In this document: positions 50,362 through 61,831 of the stretch, piece by piece
How positions within the stretch are numbered: the first letter of the stretch is position 1
Layout of the letters: every line of letters begins with the position of its first letter
The notes under the pieces: model-generated
The model's input: only the letters and a program-made list of their open reading frames with translations
Told to the model about the DNA's origin: nothing
The model's database searches: none
Program-made: the position numbers and the translations under genes
Assembly (NCBI RefSeq): GCF_001194135.2
Contig: NC_068987.1
Coordinates: forward strand, 48,493,410 to 48,557,409
Source: Octopus bimaculoides
Taxonomy: Eukaryota
Length of the DNA: 64,000 bases
Direction: 5' to 3'

Positions 50362-52950
50362 AAAGGCAGTGTATTTCAACAGAAATCTGGTAACAAAATT
50401 GTTAATAATGATGGAGAATTTGGACAAAAAAATATATTAAGTAGATATCGTTAGCTGATTAAACAGAAACTAGAAAAGATGTGAATGAGAACAAAAACTG
50501 AGGGCAACTAGGTTAATACAATATTAAGGTTAAGAATGTTTTAAACAGAGCTTAACAAAGCAGGGATTAAAACAATATCACCTGTGCTAGCTCACCATTT
50601 TGAGATTTAAATTAAAAGTCAATACCAAATATTTGGAGTGAACACTTTAAACCTCTTTGAGTTGCTTGCATCAACAGGAAGAAATGTCAGTGTGACCTTA
50701 AAGTCATTGAGAAGAGGAGCTCTATGGGCTGGGTTTGATGCCATTATTAACCTTTTTGTTGCCATATTTCTGTTTTAATCAATTTTGAAAATAATGAAGA
50801 ATCTAATAAAATAAAATAACATTATCATTATTAAGCTGGTGTTAGGAACACCATTAAGAGAATATTTTGATGGAAAGTTTTAATCTAGATCATTTTAAAA
50901 CAAAAAGTCAGATGGGTTGGTATCAAAAAGGCTTGCTGTCATTCAACAAAGCTCAAGTAAGCCATACTTTGAGATACTTTGAGCTATCTTATGTTGAGGT
51001 ACAGTTCATATACACCAGATAATGCTGTTGTCATGCATTAAGGTACTACTTACATACATTACATAGTACCACTGCTGCCAGACATACTCTCACAAGTTGT
51101 AGCTGATAGAAAGCCATTTGACTGATTAGCAAAAGCTTTTATACTAACACACTAAGATCCTTGACTCTCAGTTGTGTTGTTTCCTTTCTCATTACTACTG
51201 CAATGTCTATCATCATCATTATTTAACGCCTGTTTTCTATGCTGGTATGTGTTGGCTTAACAGGAACTGGCAAGACCAAGGGCGCACAAGATTCCATAGT
51301 TTGTTTTGGCTTAATTTCTACGGCTGGATGCCCTTTCAAATGACATAGTTTACTCTTGGAAATGCCCAACTACATTTCCTTTTCATCTGGCTCCACCCAT
51401 CTCTCCTCTTCCTGTCACCCTTACTGTCTCACCCCTTAGACACTGCATGGAATACTTTATTGTCCTTCCTTTCTGGAACAACAACCCATTGGAATTCTTT
51501 CCCTGCCAACATTATACTTATATTTTCAAACATGGCCTACTGATACTCATTAATCACATCACTCTCACCAGTCTAGGTGGGGTTGGAGACAGACTTAAAA
51601 GTCATGGGTACTGTCCCTCATTTTCCTGATTAAATCCTACTAAATCATATTTCCTCAGGTTAGGTTATGGAACTTTCCTGAGTTTATTCTTAAGCTTTAC
51701 TGAAAATTAATAGGAGGAAAAATTCAATGTCTGATTAGGAAAAAAACCCCTATATTATTGAGAAGCTAAGTATAGAATTGAAGAGTTAAAAACTACTTAA
51801 GTACAAAGCAATTTAGAGGATTTTATTCATGAATCAATTCATTTTTAGCTGATAAAAAATAATTATGAAAAGTGTTGCCTCTGAGAAGGCTGTTTAGATT
51901 ATTTGGCCTCCATAATTTATAATTTCTTTTTCTGCATGCTTTACTAATTTCTTGAATATATTTGCTTTTATTTTTTAGTCTGTGACTGTCTTGAATATAT
52001 TTACCTTTATTTATGATTGTCATCTGCTCAAAATTAAATGAAAACTGTCTTTGCATGTTATATAAAAAATATAAAGCTATTGTAATGTGATTTCATTAGT
52101 GCTATACAGAACATTTAGCTGTAACATCTGGCAGTGGCTGTTGTAGAAGTATATTATTAATAAACCCTGCTTTTGACACACTGCTTTAAGTTTCATGTTT
52201 TTCAATTCATTGATAAACATTGTGGACTGTCATCCAAGCATGACATGTATATCAAGGTTATTTTATTATAATTGTCATCACCCCCTGTTTTTGTTTCTCC
52301 ATGGTATATTTTTGAATATAGTACAGTCAATAATAATTTATCTGTTATTCCCAAAACTCCTTAAATTTGAAACTTTTTGTGTGTTTTGGTACCTTTCCAT
52401 TCTCAGTTTGGTACCATCACAAAATAAACTTTGGTGGACCTGAACTGGGTCAGCAACAAATCTATATAAAACTGCCTTTATGATTTATGTATAATAAGTT
52501 ATATTATGACATGTAAAGAGATACCATGTTCAGACTAGGGTCCCATACTTCATAGATGCAAACATACTGGATGGGTTGTTTTTTTTTTTGTATATTTGTT
52601 GAGTCTGGAGGAAAAGGCAGTGCTCATTGTCCTTGCAGGCCATCTGAGACCAGTGAGGGTTGTTAGGTGAGATTGATGCCATTAATGTTTCACTTAAACT
52701 GTTGCAATTCAACATCGACAGGAAAGACATTGAAAAGGAGATTCTAAAGGACTGATATTCTGTGGAGAAAGAATTGCACATAGTGATTAGTATGGGGCCA
52801 AAGTGAGGGTGGTGGATGTAACAAGGTTAATGAGAAGTGGAGAGACCAGTGGATCATGGCTACCTAAGTAGTGTATGTACAAGACCAGCTTTAATGAGCA
52901 GGGACCGTTATAGATGTATATTAGAAAAAAAAGGAGGTGTCCTAAATCTA

Positions 52951-53011
52951 ATATGCTACTGGATTATCAAATTGTATTATCAGATATGCTACTGGATTAT
53001 CAAATTGTATT
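52951..53011. repeat. 33-bp-period tandem duplication (ATATGCTACTGGATTATCAAATTGTATT x2)
   Basis: Read directly from the sequence. Confidence 0.9.
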
Positions 53012-54056
53012 TTTATAGTATTTTTCTCTTTTTGAAAAGTTTTTCTTTTGTTATTAGCTTTTCAATTCTCCTTATGTTGTCTACATCAATATTTAAATTG
53101 ATTTGATTTACATTTGTCTAAGTCAAATTTGAAATGCAAAACTATTATATCAGCATATTTTGGCCATTCTGGCTCACATGAAATTTTTCTATACCTGTGG
53201 TTTTTGGAATATGATCTTCATGTTAGTTATGAATGGTTTTGCATTGAAAATTCTATTTTCTAAAGTGGTGTGATTAAGAAGAAGGGTAATTTGACTCTGA
53301 AATATGATTTGCACATCTTTAGGTTTACAACTAACTACAACACTTATAAACATTTATTTTAAACTGCCACATGTATCCCCTACTCCCACCTTTGTATTCC
53401 ACTCATTATACCCACCACTGCATATCTCTGAACTCTATTTCTGTCCCTATATATTTCTCTCTCTCTCCCACCCAGCTGAACATCTCTTTATAACCTGATG
53501 TATCTACAGGTTTACTATACTACCACTCTCCATCCTCCCTATACTGTCACTTATTACCTCTTTAGATTATTCAAGAGATGTGTAATCATGCTGTATCTGC
53601 TAAAATATTCAATATTGAATCAGTAAGCAAACATATAGAATTGTATATTTATTGGAGTAGAGAGATAATTATTCAACAGTTGTACACTTCTTAAGATGAT
53701 AAATGATTGTTAAGTGTGTTAAACTAATATTAACCCTTTTGATACCAATCTGCTTGTGACTACTCTTGGTTCTATGATACAAACATCCTGTTTTAAAGTG
53801 AATTACATTAAAATTTTCCATCAAAATGTCATGTAATGTTCCAAACACCAGCTGAATGACGACAAAGTTATTTCACTAAATTCTTTCATTTGTAAAATTA
53901 ATGCTTGGAACATCTTAAAAGTTAGAGCAAGGTAAGTAGGGCAAAAAAAAGAAAAAGAAAGAGCAAAAAAATGGTGACTAATATTTTTTCATTGTCAAAT
54001 ATAATTTGTACATTATTTACATTTTGACGGATTTTGTCCTCATCTTGTTTTTTGTT

Positions 54057-54099
54057 AACACGTTTTGGCTGATGTACCCTCCAGCCTTCATCAGGTGTC
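54057..54099 (-). ncRNA. Hammerhead-like motif, left arm of the 54-kb palindrome
   Basis: GACAC CUGAUGA A GGCUG-loop-CAGCC AAAA C GUGUU: intact CUGAUGA, G12A, cleavage triplet region shortened. Confidence 0.7.
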
Positions 54100-54321
54100 T
54101 TGGGGAAATTTCAAACCTAGATTCTCATTTCTAAGGTATTTTTCGATGTTGTTGTTATTATTATTATTATTATTAAAGTCACTGCCTGGAATTGAACTCG
54201 GAATCTTGGGGTTAGTAGCCCACGCTCTTAACCACTATGCCATATGCCCGTGGCATTTGGCATAGTGGTTAAGAGCGCAAGCTACTAACTCTAAGATTCC
54301 GAGTTCGATTCCAGGCAGTGA

Positions 54322-54353
<32 letters not shown>

Positions 54354-54421
54354 GCAACAACAACAACAACAACATTGAAAAATACCTTAGGAATGAGAAC
54401 CCAGGTTCAAAATTTCCCTAA

Positions 54422-54464
54422 GACACCTAATGAAGGCTGGAGGGTATATCAGCCAAAACGTGTT
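54422..54464 (+). ncRNA. Hammerhead-like motif, right arm of the 54-kb palindrome
   Basis: GACAC CUAAUGA A GGCUG-loop-CAGCC AAAA C GUGUU: G5A and G12A. Confidence 0.6.
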
Positions 54465-55402
54465 AACAATAAACAAGATGAGGACAAAATCTGTCAAAAT
54501 GTAAATAATGTACATAATTCCTCATCTCTTAAATATAGAACTGTATAGTCATTTGAATCTTGAATATTTAGAAAGTAACATTACATCCACAGAAAAGAGT
54601 GTGAAAATTAATCTCATGAAAATATGGTGCTGTGCTTGATGCCTTAAGTGTCATTCAGACATCATTGTTATCAGATGTCACTGTCAAATCAGTGCTATTG
54701 GACATTCACTAAGCACTTGGATGCAAGGCCTGATGGTGTTTCTATCTACATGTTACAGGCCTTTTTCAATATATCTTGAAAAAAAAAGACACTGCCAAAC
54801 AAAGCCTATGTTGTACACCTCTTGCAATCCTTTATGTTATTAGAGAGTGATGCTGGACAGTCTGAGATTTTTAAAAAATAATTGAAACAAAGGCAGTCTA
54901 TTTCAAAGAAATCTGGTAACAAAATGGCTAAAGTGATTTAAATTAGAACCTTCCATCAGAATTTCATGTTAATTTATGTTCTGAATACCAGATTAATAAT
55001 GAGAAAGTTATTTTACAAAATTTTTTATTGTTTTCAAAATGAATTGAAACAAAGGCTGTGTAATTTCAACAGAAATAGGGTAACAAAATAGTTAAAAACA
55101 ATTTGGGGCTTCAGGACCTTCTACATAACAGCTTTGTCTACTGTTAGATCAAGAATGTTTATAATTATATACCGTTCCAGCCACTTTATTCAACTATAAA
55201 GTAGGAGTACAGCCAGTTGCAATAGACAGACATGAAAGTTAAGGATTGTAGGAAAATAAATGGATAGATTAAAGAAACCTAGTGTTAGACATTTTATTGA
55301 ATTGTGATATGTTTCAAATGAAAAATTCTTATATTAGATAAAAATAAAATTTCTTTGTTCCATAAGATTTACTCGTTTTTGTTTTTTGGTTTTTTTTTTC
55401 AG

Positions 55403-55464
55403 TGTTATCACATTGGATTGATGCAGGCAGCAATGGGATAATTCGAAAAACTGGGAACACATTG
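55403..55464 (+). CDS. Candidate isolated exon of an unidentified plus-strand transcript (LSHWIDAGSNGIIRKTGNTL if coding)
   Basis: Long T tract plus cag acceptor and gtatgt donor; one open frame; no partner exons or homology recognised. Confidence 0.3.
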
Positions 55465-56674
55465 GTATGTCTTTGTTAATCTTGTATGTTAATCTTTGTT
55501 CTATAGTGTTACAAAATAGAGTGGCAAGTTGATACCAGAATAAATGTCTAACTTTTTAGTATTCAGTTTTGGTCATTTGTTACTCTGCATTCTGAGTTCC
55601 ATTCATTATTGAGATCATGTCATTTATTGAAATAAATTGAATAAATAAATAAAGAAATTAAAATAAATACCTGTAATATATAATGAGTCAACCCAGTGTA
55701 TTACTCTATATAAATTGGTCTTATGTCTAGTCAATAGAAATATATATATATTAGTACCATAAAAATCTTTAAATTTATTGTTAAAATATTATCCAGACTA
55801 AGTTGTCACTGTTTTAATGAGATCTCTCTTTCTTATATTTAGCTGTGGAATTCTTTTCTACTCAAGGCACAAGGCCCGAAATTTCTTTGGGGGTGGGGGC
55901 AGTTGATTAGATTGACCCCAGTACGTTACTGGTTCTTAATTTATTGACCCTGAAAGGATAAAAGGCAAAATGTGTTTGTGTTGTACTTTATTGATCATTT
56001 ACAATGTTGAAAAAAGTTTTCTGCTCATTATTTCTGAGGTCATTGATTATTTTAAAAATATATATGTAGATATATAGTTACACACACAAACACACACGTA
56101 CACATGGGCATACATACGTGTTTATGCACGCACACACACTCTTACATATCTAGAGCTACAAGTCTCTCTTTCTTTTCTTTTGTAACCTGATGATGTTTTA
56201 AGTACATGGAAAAATTTATACACCTAGAAACCTGCTTTTTCAGGAAAAAAAAAAAAAGAATTTTAATAACCTGTGGTGAAAAAGTTATTAAAAACTAGTT
56301 CTGTATAGGTTTACAGATTAATTTATAATTTAATTGGTTTGATTTATTTAAAATTTTTCGTTGAACAGCTGTTACTGCCAAAATAATAGTAATGATTAAA
56401 TAAGAAAGGGAAAAAGATATCATGCAGCTTCTCAATATTATATTATTTTAAAGTTTAGTATAACATTTGCTGTAGTATTTGCTTTTTTTGCCCGTAAATG
56501 CTGCTGTTGCTGCTGCTAAAATCTTTGACATTATAGAGTGAGGTTAGTACATGAAAGGTATCTGTGTAAAAATGTCCTTTTAACCAAGTTGACTCTGTAG
56601 TGAAGAAGCTTGCTTCACAACCATGTAGTCTCAGGTTCAGTCCCTCTGCATGACACCTTAGGTAAGTGTCTTCT

Positions 56675-56856
56675 GCTTGGTCTTCAAGCAACAAGAGACC
56701 ATTCTTAAAGCATGAAAGCCATTTGTAAACTTGTGCTTTACACATGGCAGTATCCTTGTAAGCTGTTTGAATCACAACAACTGTTTCAGCCACTGTTTTC
56801 CCTGGCAGAAAACAGAATTTCATGGAAGCATGCTGCTCCTTCATTTCAGCCATCAC
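56675..56856 (-). mobile_element. mariner transposase N-terminal HTH fragment
   Basis: MKEQHASMKFCFLPGKTVAETVVVIQTAYKDTAMCKAQVYKWLSCFKNG..LEDQ; abuts a SINE head at ~56600-56675. Confidence 0.8.
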
Positions 56857-57684
56857 AAAATTGATGAACAGGATGTATGTATGTGAAAAGGTTGAGTTCT
56901 ATTTCATCCTTTACTTTGGAGGGTTCCAAAGGGTGATTTTTAACAAAGATTCTTCATATTTTGTTGGTAGCTTACTGGCATAAGATTTTTACAAATATGA
57001 AATTATTACATGTATATGGTGTGTTATGAGAATTTATGGAAAGGTATCCAACTCAACAAATTCTTACAGATGAAAAAGAGAAGATGTTAAAATTTGAAAA
57101 GAATTTTAATACATGCATACGATTGTTTCAAACAGTGATATTAAACATGTAAATAACGTGGTAGAATAATTAAAATTAATTTAATTAAATTAATTACAAA
57201 TTACTGTTCTCCTCAGTGCAAGACGAATACATAAAAAATTATTATTATTATTACAGAAGACTAGATGGAGGAAATATCAAATAACATATTTGGATATACA
57301 TATTTTATCCTTATGAAGAATTAAGAGCATACTAAAAGAATGTTGTTGAGTCTAGTTGTGTATAAACTAAAACTGATGCGGCTAACGGTTATTTGAAAAT
57401 ATAAGTGAAAGATGTTTAAGAAACATTCCCTCTATATAAAAATGAGTGAGTAATTAATTTACACTCCAAATAAGTCATTTATGATAGGGAGTTAAATAGA
57501 AGTGTCCAATGGGAAAGCATAGTTATGTTTGAATTAGGATATGACTTGACAGTTATAGCTAATATATAAGTAAAATTAGGTATGGTGTATATTTAAAGAA
57601 ATTACTTTAAAAAAAAAGAAATTTCTTGTGCAAGAATAAATAAAAACTAGTGAATGAAGTTTTTATTAGGCTATTATATTATGG

Positions 57685-58050
57685 TGGAGGTGCAATGGCC
57701 CAGTGGGTAGGGCAGCGGACTCGCAGTCATAGGATCGCGGTTTCAATTCCCAGACTGGGCGTTGTGAGTGTTTATTGAGCGAAAACACCTAAAGCTCCAT
57801 GAGGCTCCGGCAGGGGATGGTGTTGAACCCTGCTGTACTCTTTCACCACAACTTTCTCTCACTCTTACTTCCTGTTTCTGTTGTGGCTGTAATTCAAAGG
57901 GTCAACCTTGTCACACTGTGTCACGCTGAATATTCCCGAGAACTACGTTAAGGGTACACGTGTCTGTGGAGTGCTCAGCCACTTGCACGTTAATTTCATG
58001 AGCAGGCTGTTCTGTCGATCGGATCAACTGGAACCCTCATCGTCGTAAGT
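57685..58050 (+). mobile_element. Full-length SINE family A; partial copies also at ~29330-29640(-), 32045-32350(+), 32640-32800(+)
   Basis: Collinear and highly similar to 45639-46006. Confidence 0.9.
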
Positions 58051-58191
58051 CAGTCAGTCATATTAATATGATTTCTGTGGTTATGTAAATTATTTGAAGG
58101 ATTAGATGAGATGGGATAAATTTCATTTTTTATGTGTATTAGTTTAGTGTCCCTATTACTATCTATAATTAATTGTTTTCTGTGTTTATTT

Positions 58192-59073
58192 TCAGCATTC
58201 AAGGGTTTTTGTTATATTATTATTAGTGTAGTTAGTAATTTGTGAATTGCTGAAATTAGTATTATTTTTTCTTTTAGTGAGGTTATGGTTGTGGTGCTCA
58301 TATTGTTTATGTTTATTATTATGTTTTTTGTTGTTGTATGATTTATGTCTATTACTAATGTTTTGCTGATGATTATTATTGAGAGTTTTTGATTGTTTGT
58401 CGGGGTTTACTAATTCACCAGATGATTTAGGTTCATTAATATGGTCTGTGTTGTTCATGTCTAGATAACTATTGGTATTACTAGTATTGGTGCTGTTGTT
58501 TTTATTGCACTTAATTTGATATTTATATCCTGCCTTCTTAAGTGCTAGATTATTGTAGTCTTTATGTTTGTTAAAAATTTCTTCATTAGATGATAGATTA
58601 ATTCTACTTTTTATGTTAGTGGTTAGATTTTTTATAATATTATAAGGATGGTTACTTTGGGCATGTATGTATGTGATATTGTTGTTAAGTTTATGATAAG
58701 ATTGATATGAGGAGGTATTAAGGTTAAAGTTAACGTCTAGGAAGTTCACAGAGTTGTTAACTTTTTCAATAGAGATGGATGGTCCTTGGTTTTTGAAGAA
58801 ATTGTGTAGCCTTCTTTTTGTATAGTTCAAGGTTCCTGTTGGAGGTATTTTAAAGAATAGTGTGTTGTTGCGGTAAAGACCACCTTCCAATTCAGGGAAT
58901 TCTTTTTTAAGTAAGTGTAGAAGGTAAATTCTGACTAAATTGGCTACTTCAGTGGAGTCTTGTGCACCCATGGATACATCGAAACAATCTGGAGTATCCT
59001 TCCTTGTCCAATATTTACCTTGATGAGAGATTACAGTTTTTCTAGCTTCAAGTATGATTTTAATTTCATTCAT
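58192..59073 (-). mobile_element. Penelope-like element, reverse transcriptase fragment
   Basis: 293-aa ORF with SMGAQDSTEVANL, GLYRNN (decayed YRDD), NFLDV and YIHAQSNHP, followed by an Asn-rich linker. Confidence 0.9.
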
Positions 59074-59089
59074 TGATAATTTAGTCCTA

Positions 59090-59660
59090 TTTGTGTGCGT
59101 GTATACGTGTATGCGTGGGGTTGTGAGTGTTAGGTATGTGTGAATTCATATGTGTGCATGCGTGTGTGTGTGTATGTGTCTATGTGTATGGGTGTGCGTG
59201 CATGTATGTATATGTGTGTATGTGAGTTTGTGTATGCATGTGTGTGGGGGTTCTGTGTAGGGTTTCTGTAGACGTATATGTGCGTACCTGTGAGTATGTG
59301 CATGCATGCGTTTATACCTCTGAATGTGTGTGTGTGTTTTTGCCCATGTGTGTGTAATTGTGTGCGTGTCTGTATGTGCATTGTGTGTGTTGGAGGTATA
59401 TGTGCGTACATGTACTAGTGTGTGTATCTATGTGTGTATATATGTGTCTGCGTGTGTGTATGTGCGTGTTTGTGTGTGAGTACATGTGCGTATGTGCGTG
59501 CGTGTGTGAACGTGGAAATGTGTGTTGGGTGATGTGTGCATTTTGTTGCGTGTATACACGTGTGCTTCAGTATGTATGTATATGTGGTTGTGTGTGCGTG
59601 TGCATGTTTATTCATCAATATATATAAAAGAGAAGATGTGTGTGTACGTGAATGTAGTTT
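59090..59660. repeat. Degenerate (TG/TA/CG)n compound microsatellite
   Basis: About 570 bp of alternating purine-pyrimidine sequence. Confidence 0.9.
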
Positions 59661-60619
59661 ATGCACGTCCACAAATTAGCACGCATGTTGCTCCAATTTT
59701 AGGAGGACATTGTTCATGACCCTACCTGCGTTTTCGTCAACTTTTTCTCTCAGAGGCACCCGCGTATAGCTGTAAAAATCGATAAACTTTTACCAATTTT
59801 GAAGTATGTTGACATGGCGAAGTCAAATCTGTGTGTACGCGCGTGAAGGAGAAAGAGAGACAGAGAGAGAGAGAAAAAAAGAAAGAAATAGTGTGTTTGT
59901 GACAAGGGTGGGGGGGAGATACAGAGTGTTTGGTAGCATCTAGCAAAAAGAAAAAAAATGGAAAAGGCAGACAGAAATCAAAGCAAATTTTTCTAAGCAA
60001 GACAGAGTTTACTTTGCTAGCGTCTAACAAACAAAAAAAAAAAAGGAAGAACGAAAAAGTGGAAAAGGGAGGCAGAAAGCGTATTAGGAATGAAAATGTA
60101 GGTAAGGAAGGCAGAGTAAGTGTAAAATGTAAAATGCATTTCTTTTTCTTAAACATGAGATATAGTTTAAAATATACGATGTTTTTGAAAGACACTATAT
60201 TCTATAATGAGATTATATATACTTTCTCACACAACAATTCAAATATATTTATTTTAAATCATTTATTTGTTTTAAATTGTTCATNNNNNNNNNNNNNNNN
60301 NNNNNNNNNNNNNNNNNNNNNNNNNNNNNNNNNNNNNNNNNNNNNNNNNNNNNNNNNNNNNNNNNNNNNNNNNNNNNNNNNNNNNNNNNNNNNNNNNNNN
60401 NNNNNNNNNNNNNNNNNNNNNNNNNNNNNNNNNNNNNNNNNNNNNNNNNNNNNNNNNNNNNNNNNNNNNNNNNNNNNNNNNNNNNNNNNNNNNNNNNNNN
60501 NNNNNNNNNNNNNNNNNNNNNNNNNNNNNNNNNNNNNNNNNNNNNTATTTTTTGGTTAAGGCTGTTGGTAAGTTTTCCTAAGTTACTCCAATTCACATCC
60601 CCAATGCAAACCTTCAGAT

Positions 60620-60870
60620 CAACCTTTTGCTATTCAGATCTCTAATGCAACTTAAAAAAAAAAAACAGTCAATGAGTGGAAATAACCAATAAACTGATTC
60701 CTTATGGGATTTCCCAATCAAATTGCCAGCAAACCATTTTCAGCCAAACCAATTTCAACGGATTTCACTCAAATCTGATGTCCATGTTACTTATTTTGGT
60801 TTGAAATAAAGCACTTGATCACTTAATAATCCTAGCTTAATCCCGAGCAGCACCGGGCTATACTGCTAGT
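60620..60870 (-). mobile_element. Helentron/DINE-1-like 5' end; related end at ~36954-36995(+)
   Basis: ACTAGCAG followed by a CCCG...CGGG hairpin; similar motif actagcagaaatatccagtgttgcctggatt at 36954. Confidence 0.45.
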
Positions 60871-60948
60871 ATATATATATATATTCATATATATATATGT
60901 ATATATATTCATATATACGTATATATATACATATGTATATATATATAC

Positions 60949-60979
<31 letters not shown>

Positions 60980-60993
60980 CATATATATATATA

Positions 60994-61041
<48 letters not shown>

Positions 61042-61504
61042 CATATATATATATANNNNNNNNNNNNNNNNNNNNNNNNNNNNNNNNNNNNNNNNNNNNN
61101 NNNNNNNNNNNNNNNNNNNNNNNNNNNNNNNNNNNNNNNNNNNNNNNNNNNNNNNNNNNNNNNNNNNNNNNNNNNNNNNNNNNNNNNNNNNNNNNNNNNN
61201 NNNNNNNNNNNNNNNNNNNNNNNNNNNNNNNNNNNNNNNNNNNNNNNNNNNNNNNNNNNNNNNNNNNNNNNNNNNNNNNNNNNNNNNNNNNNNNNNNNNN
61301 NNNNNNNNNNNNNNNNNNNNNNNNNNNNNNNNNNNNNNNNNNNNNNNNNNNNNNNNNNNNNNNNNNNNNNNNNNNNNNNNNNNNNNNNNNNNNNNNNNNN
61401 NNNNNNNNNNNNNNNNNNNNNNNNNNNNNNNNNNNNNNNNNNNNNNNNNNNNNNNNNNNNNNNNNNNNNNNNNNNNNNNNNNNNNNNNNNNNNNNNNNNN
61501 NNNN

Positions 61505-61700
61505 TATATGTGGGAGAATATACAAATAATAACAACAGACGAGGACAGGTGGTGTAAATAACAAAGTATATATTAGTATGACGCTCGGGAATACGGAAAG
61601 TCTTTGACATTTCGAGCTACGCTCTTCAACAGAAAGAATACGGAGACAAGGAGAAAAACACGGAGAAAAAAAATTGAATAGTGTTCAGTCAACGGTCAAA
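61505..61700 (-). mobile_element. Terminal (pLTR-like) fragment of a second Penelope-type family
   Basis: Contains a second, unrelated minimal hammerhead motif (61601-61637); bounded by the N gap. Confidence 0.55.
61601..61637 (-). ncRNA. Minimal type I hammerhead ribozyme, decayed
   Basis: UCUUU CUGUUGA A GAGC gua GCUC GAAA UGUC/AAAGA: stem I 5 bp, stem II 4 bp, A6U in the core. Confidence 0.7.
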
Positions 61701-61782
61701 TATATATATATGTATGTATGCATAAAGAGAGAAAAGGATAAAGAGAACAATGGCAAAGTTAGAAATATATTTTATGGATAAA

Positions 61783-61831
61783 GTCTTACAGCTGTTTCAG
61801 GGAAAATCCAGTGTATCCCTTCATCGGAGAC
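61783..61831 (-). ncRNA. Minimal type I hammerhead ribozyme (U4C variant)
   Basis: GUCU CCGAUGA AGGGA-loop-UCCCU GAAA CAGCUG UA/AGAC: stem I 4 bp, stem II 5 bp, palindromic stem III, GUA site. Confidence 0.75.

Larger units (their letters stand above)
54003..54545. mobile_element. Palindromic non-coding element: two divergent tRNA-like heads, each followed by (AAT)n(AAC)n and a hammerhead
   Basis: Arms 54007-54242 and 54258-54514 are reverse complements around a 15-nt spacer. A box TGGCATAGTGG and B box GTTC(G/A)ATTCC in each arm. Confidence 0.85.

Noticed and set aside
54258-54323. tRNA gene (ACT anticodon-like loop)
   Set aside because: A and B boxes are present but the acceptor and T stems do not pair; treated as a tRNA-derived head.
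56185-56225. CTGATGA...GGAAA motif
   Set aside because: Stem I does not pair; likely chance in AT-rich sequence.
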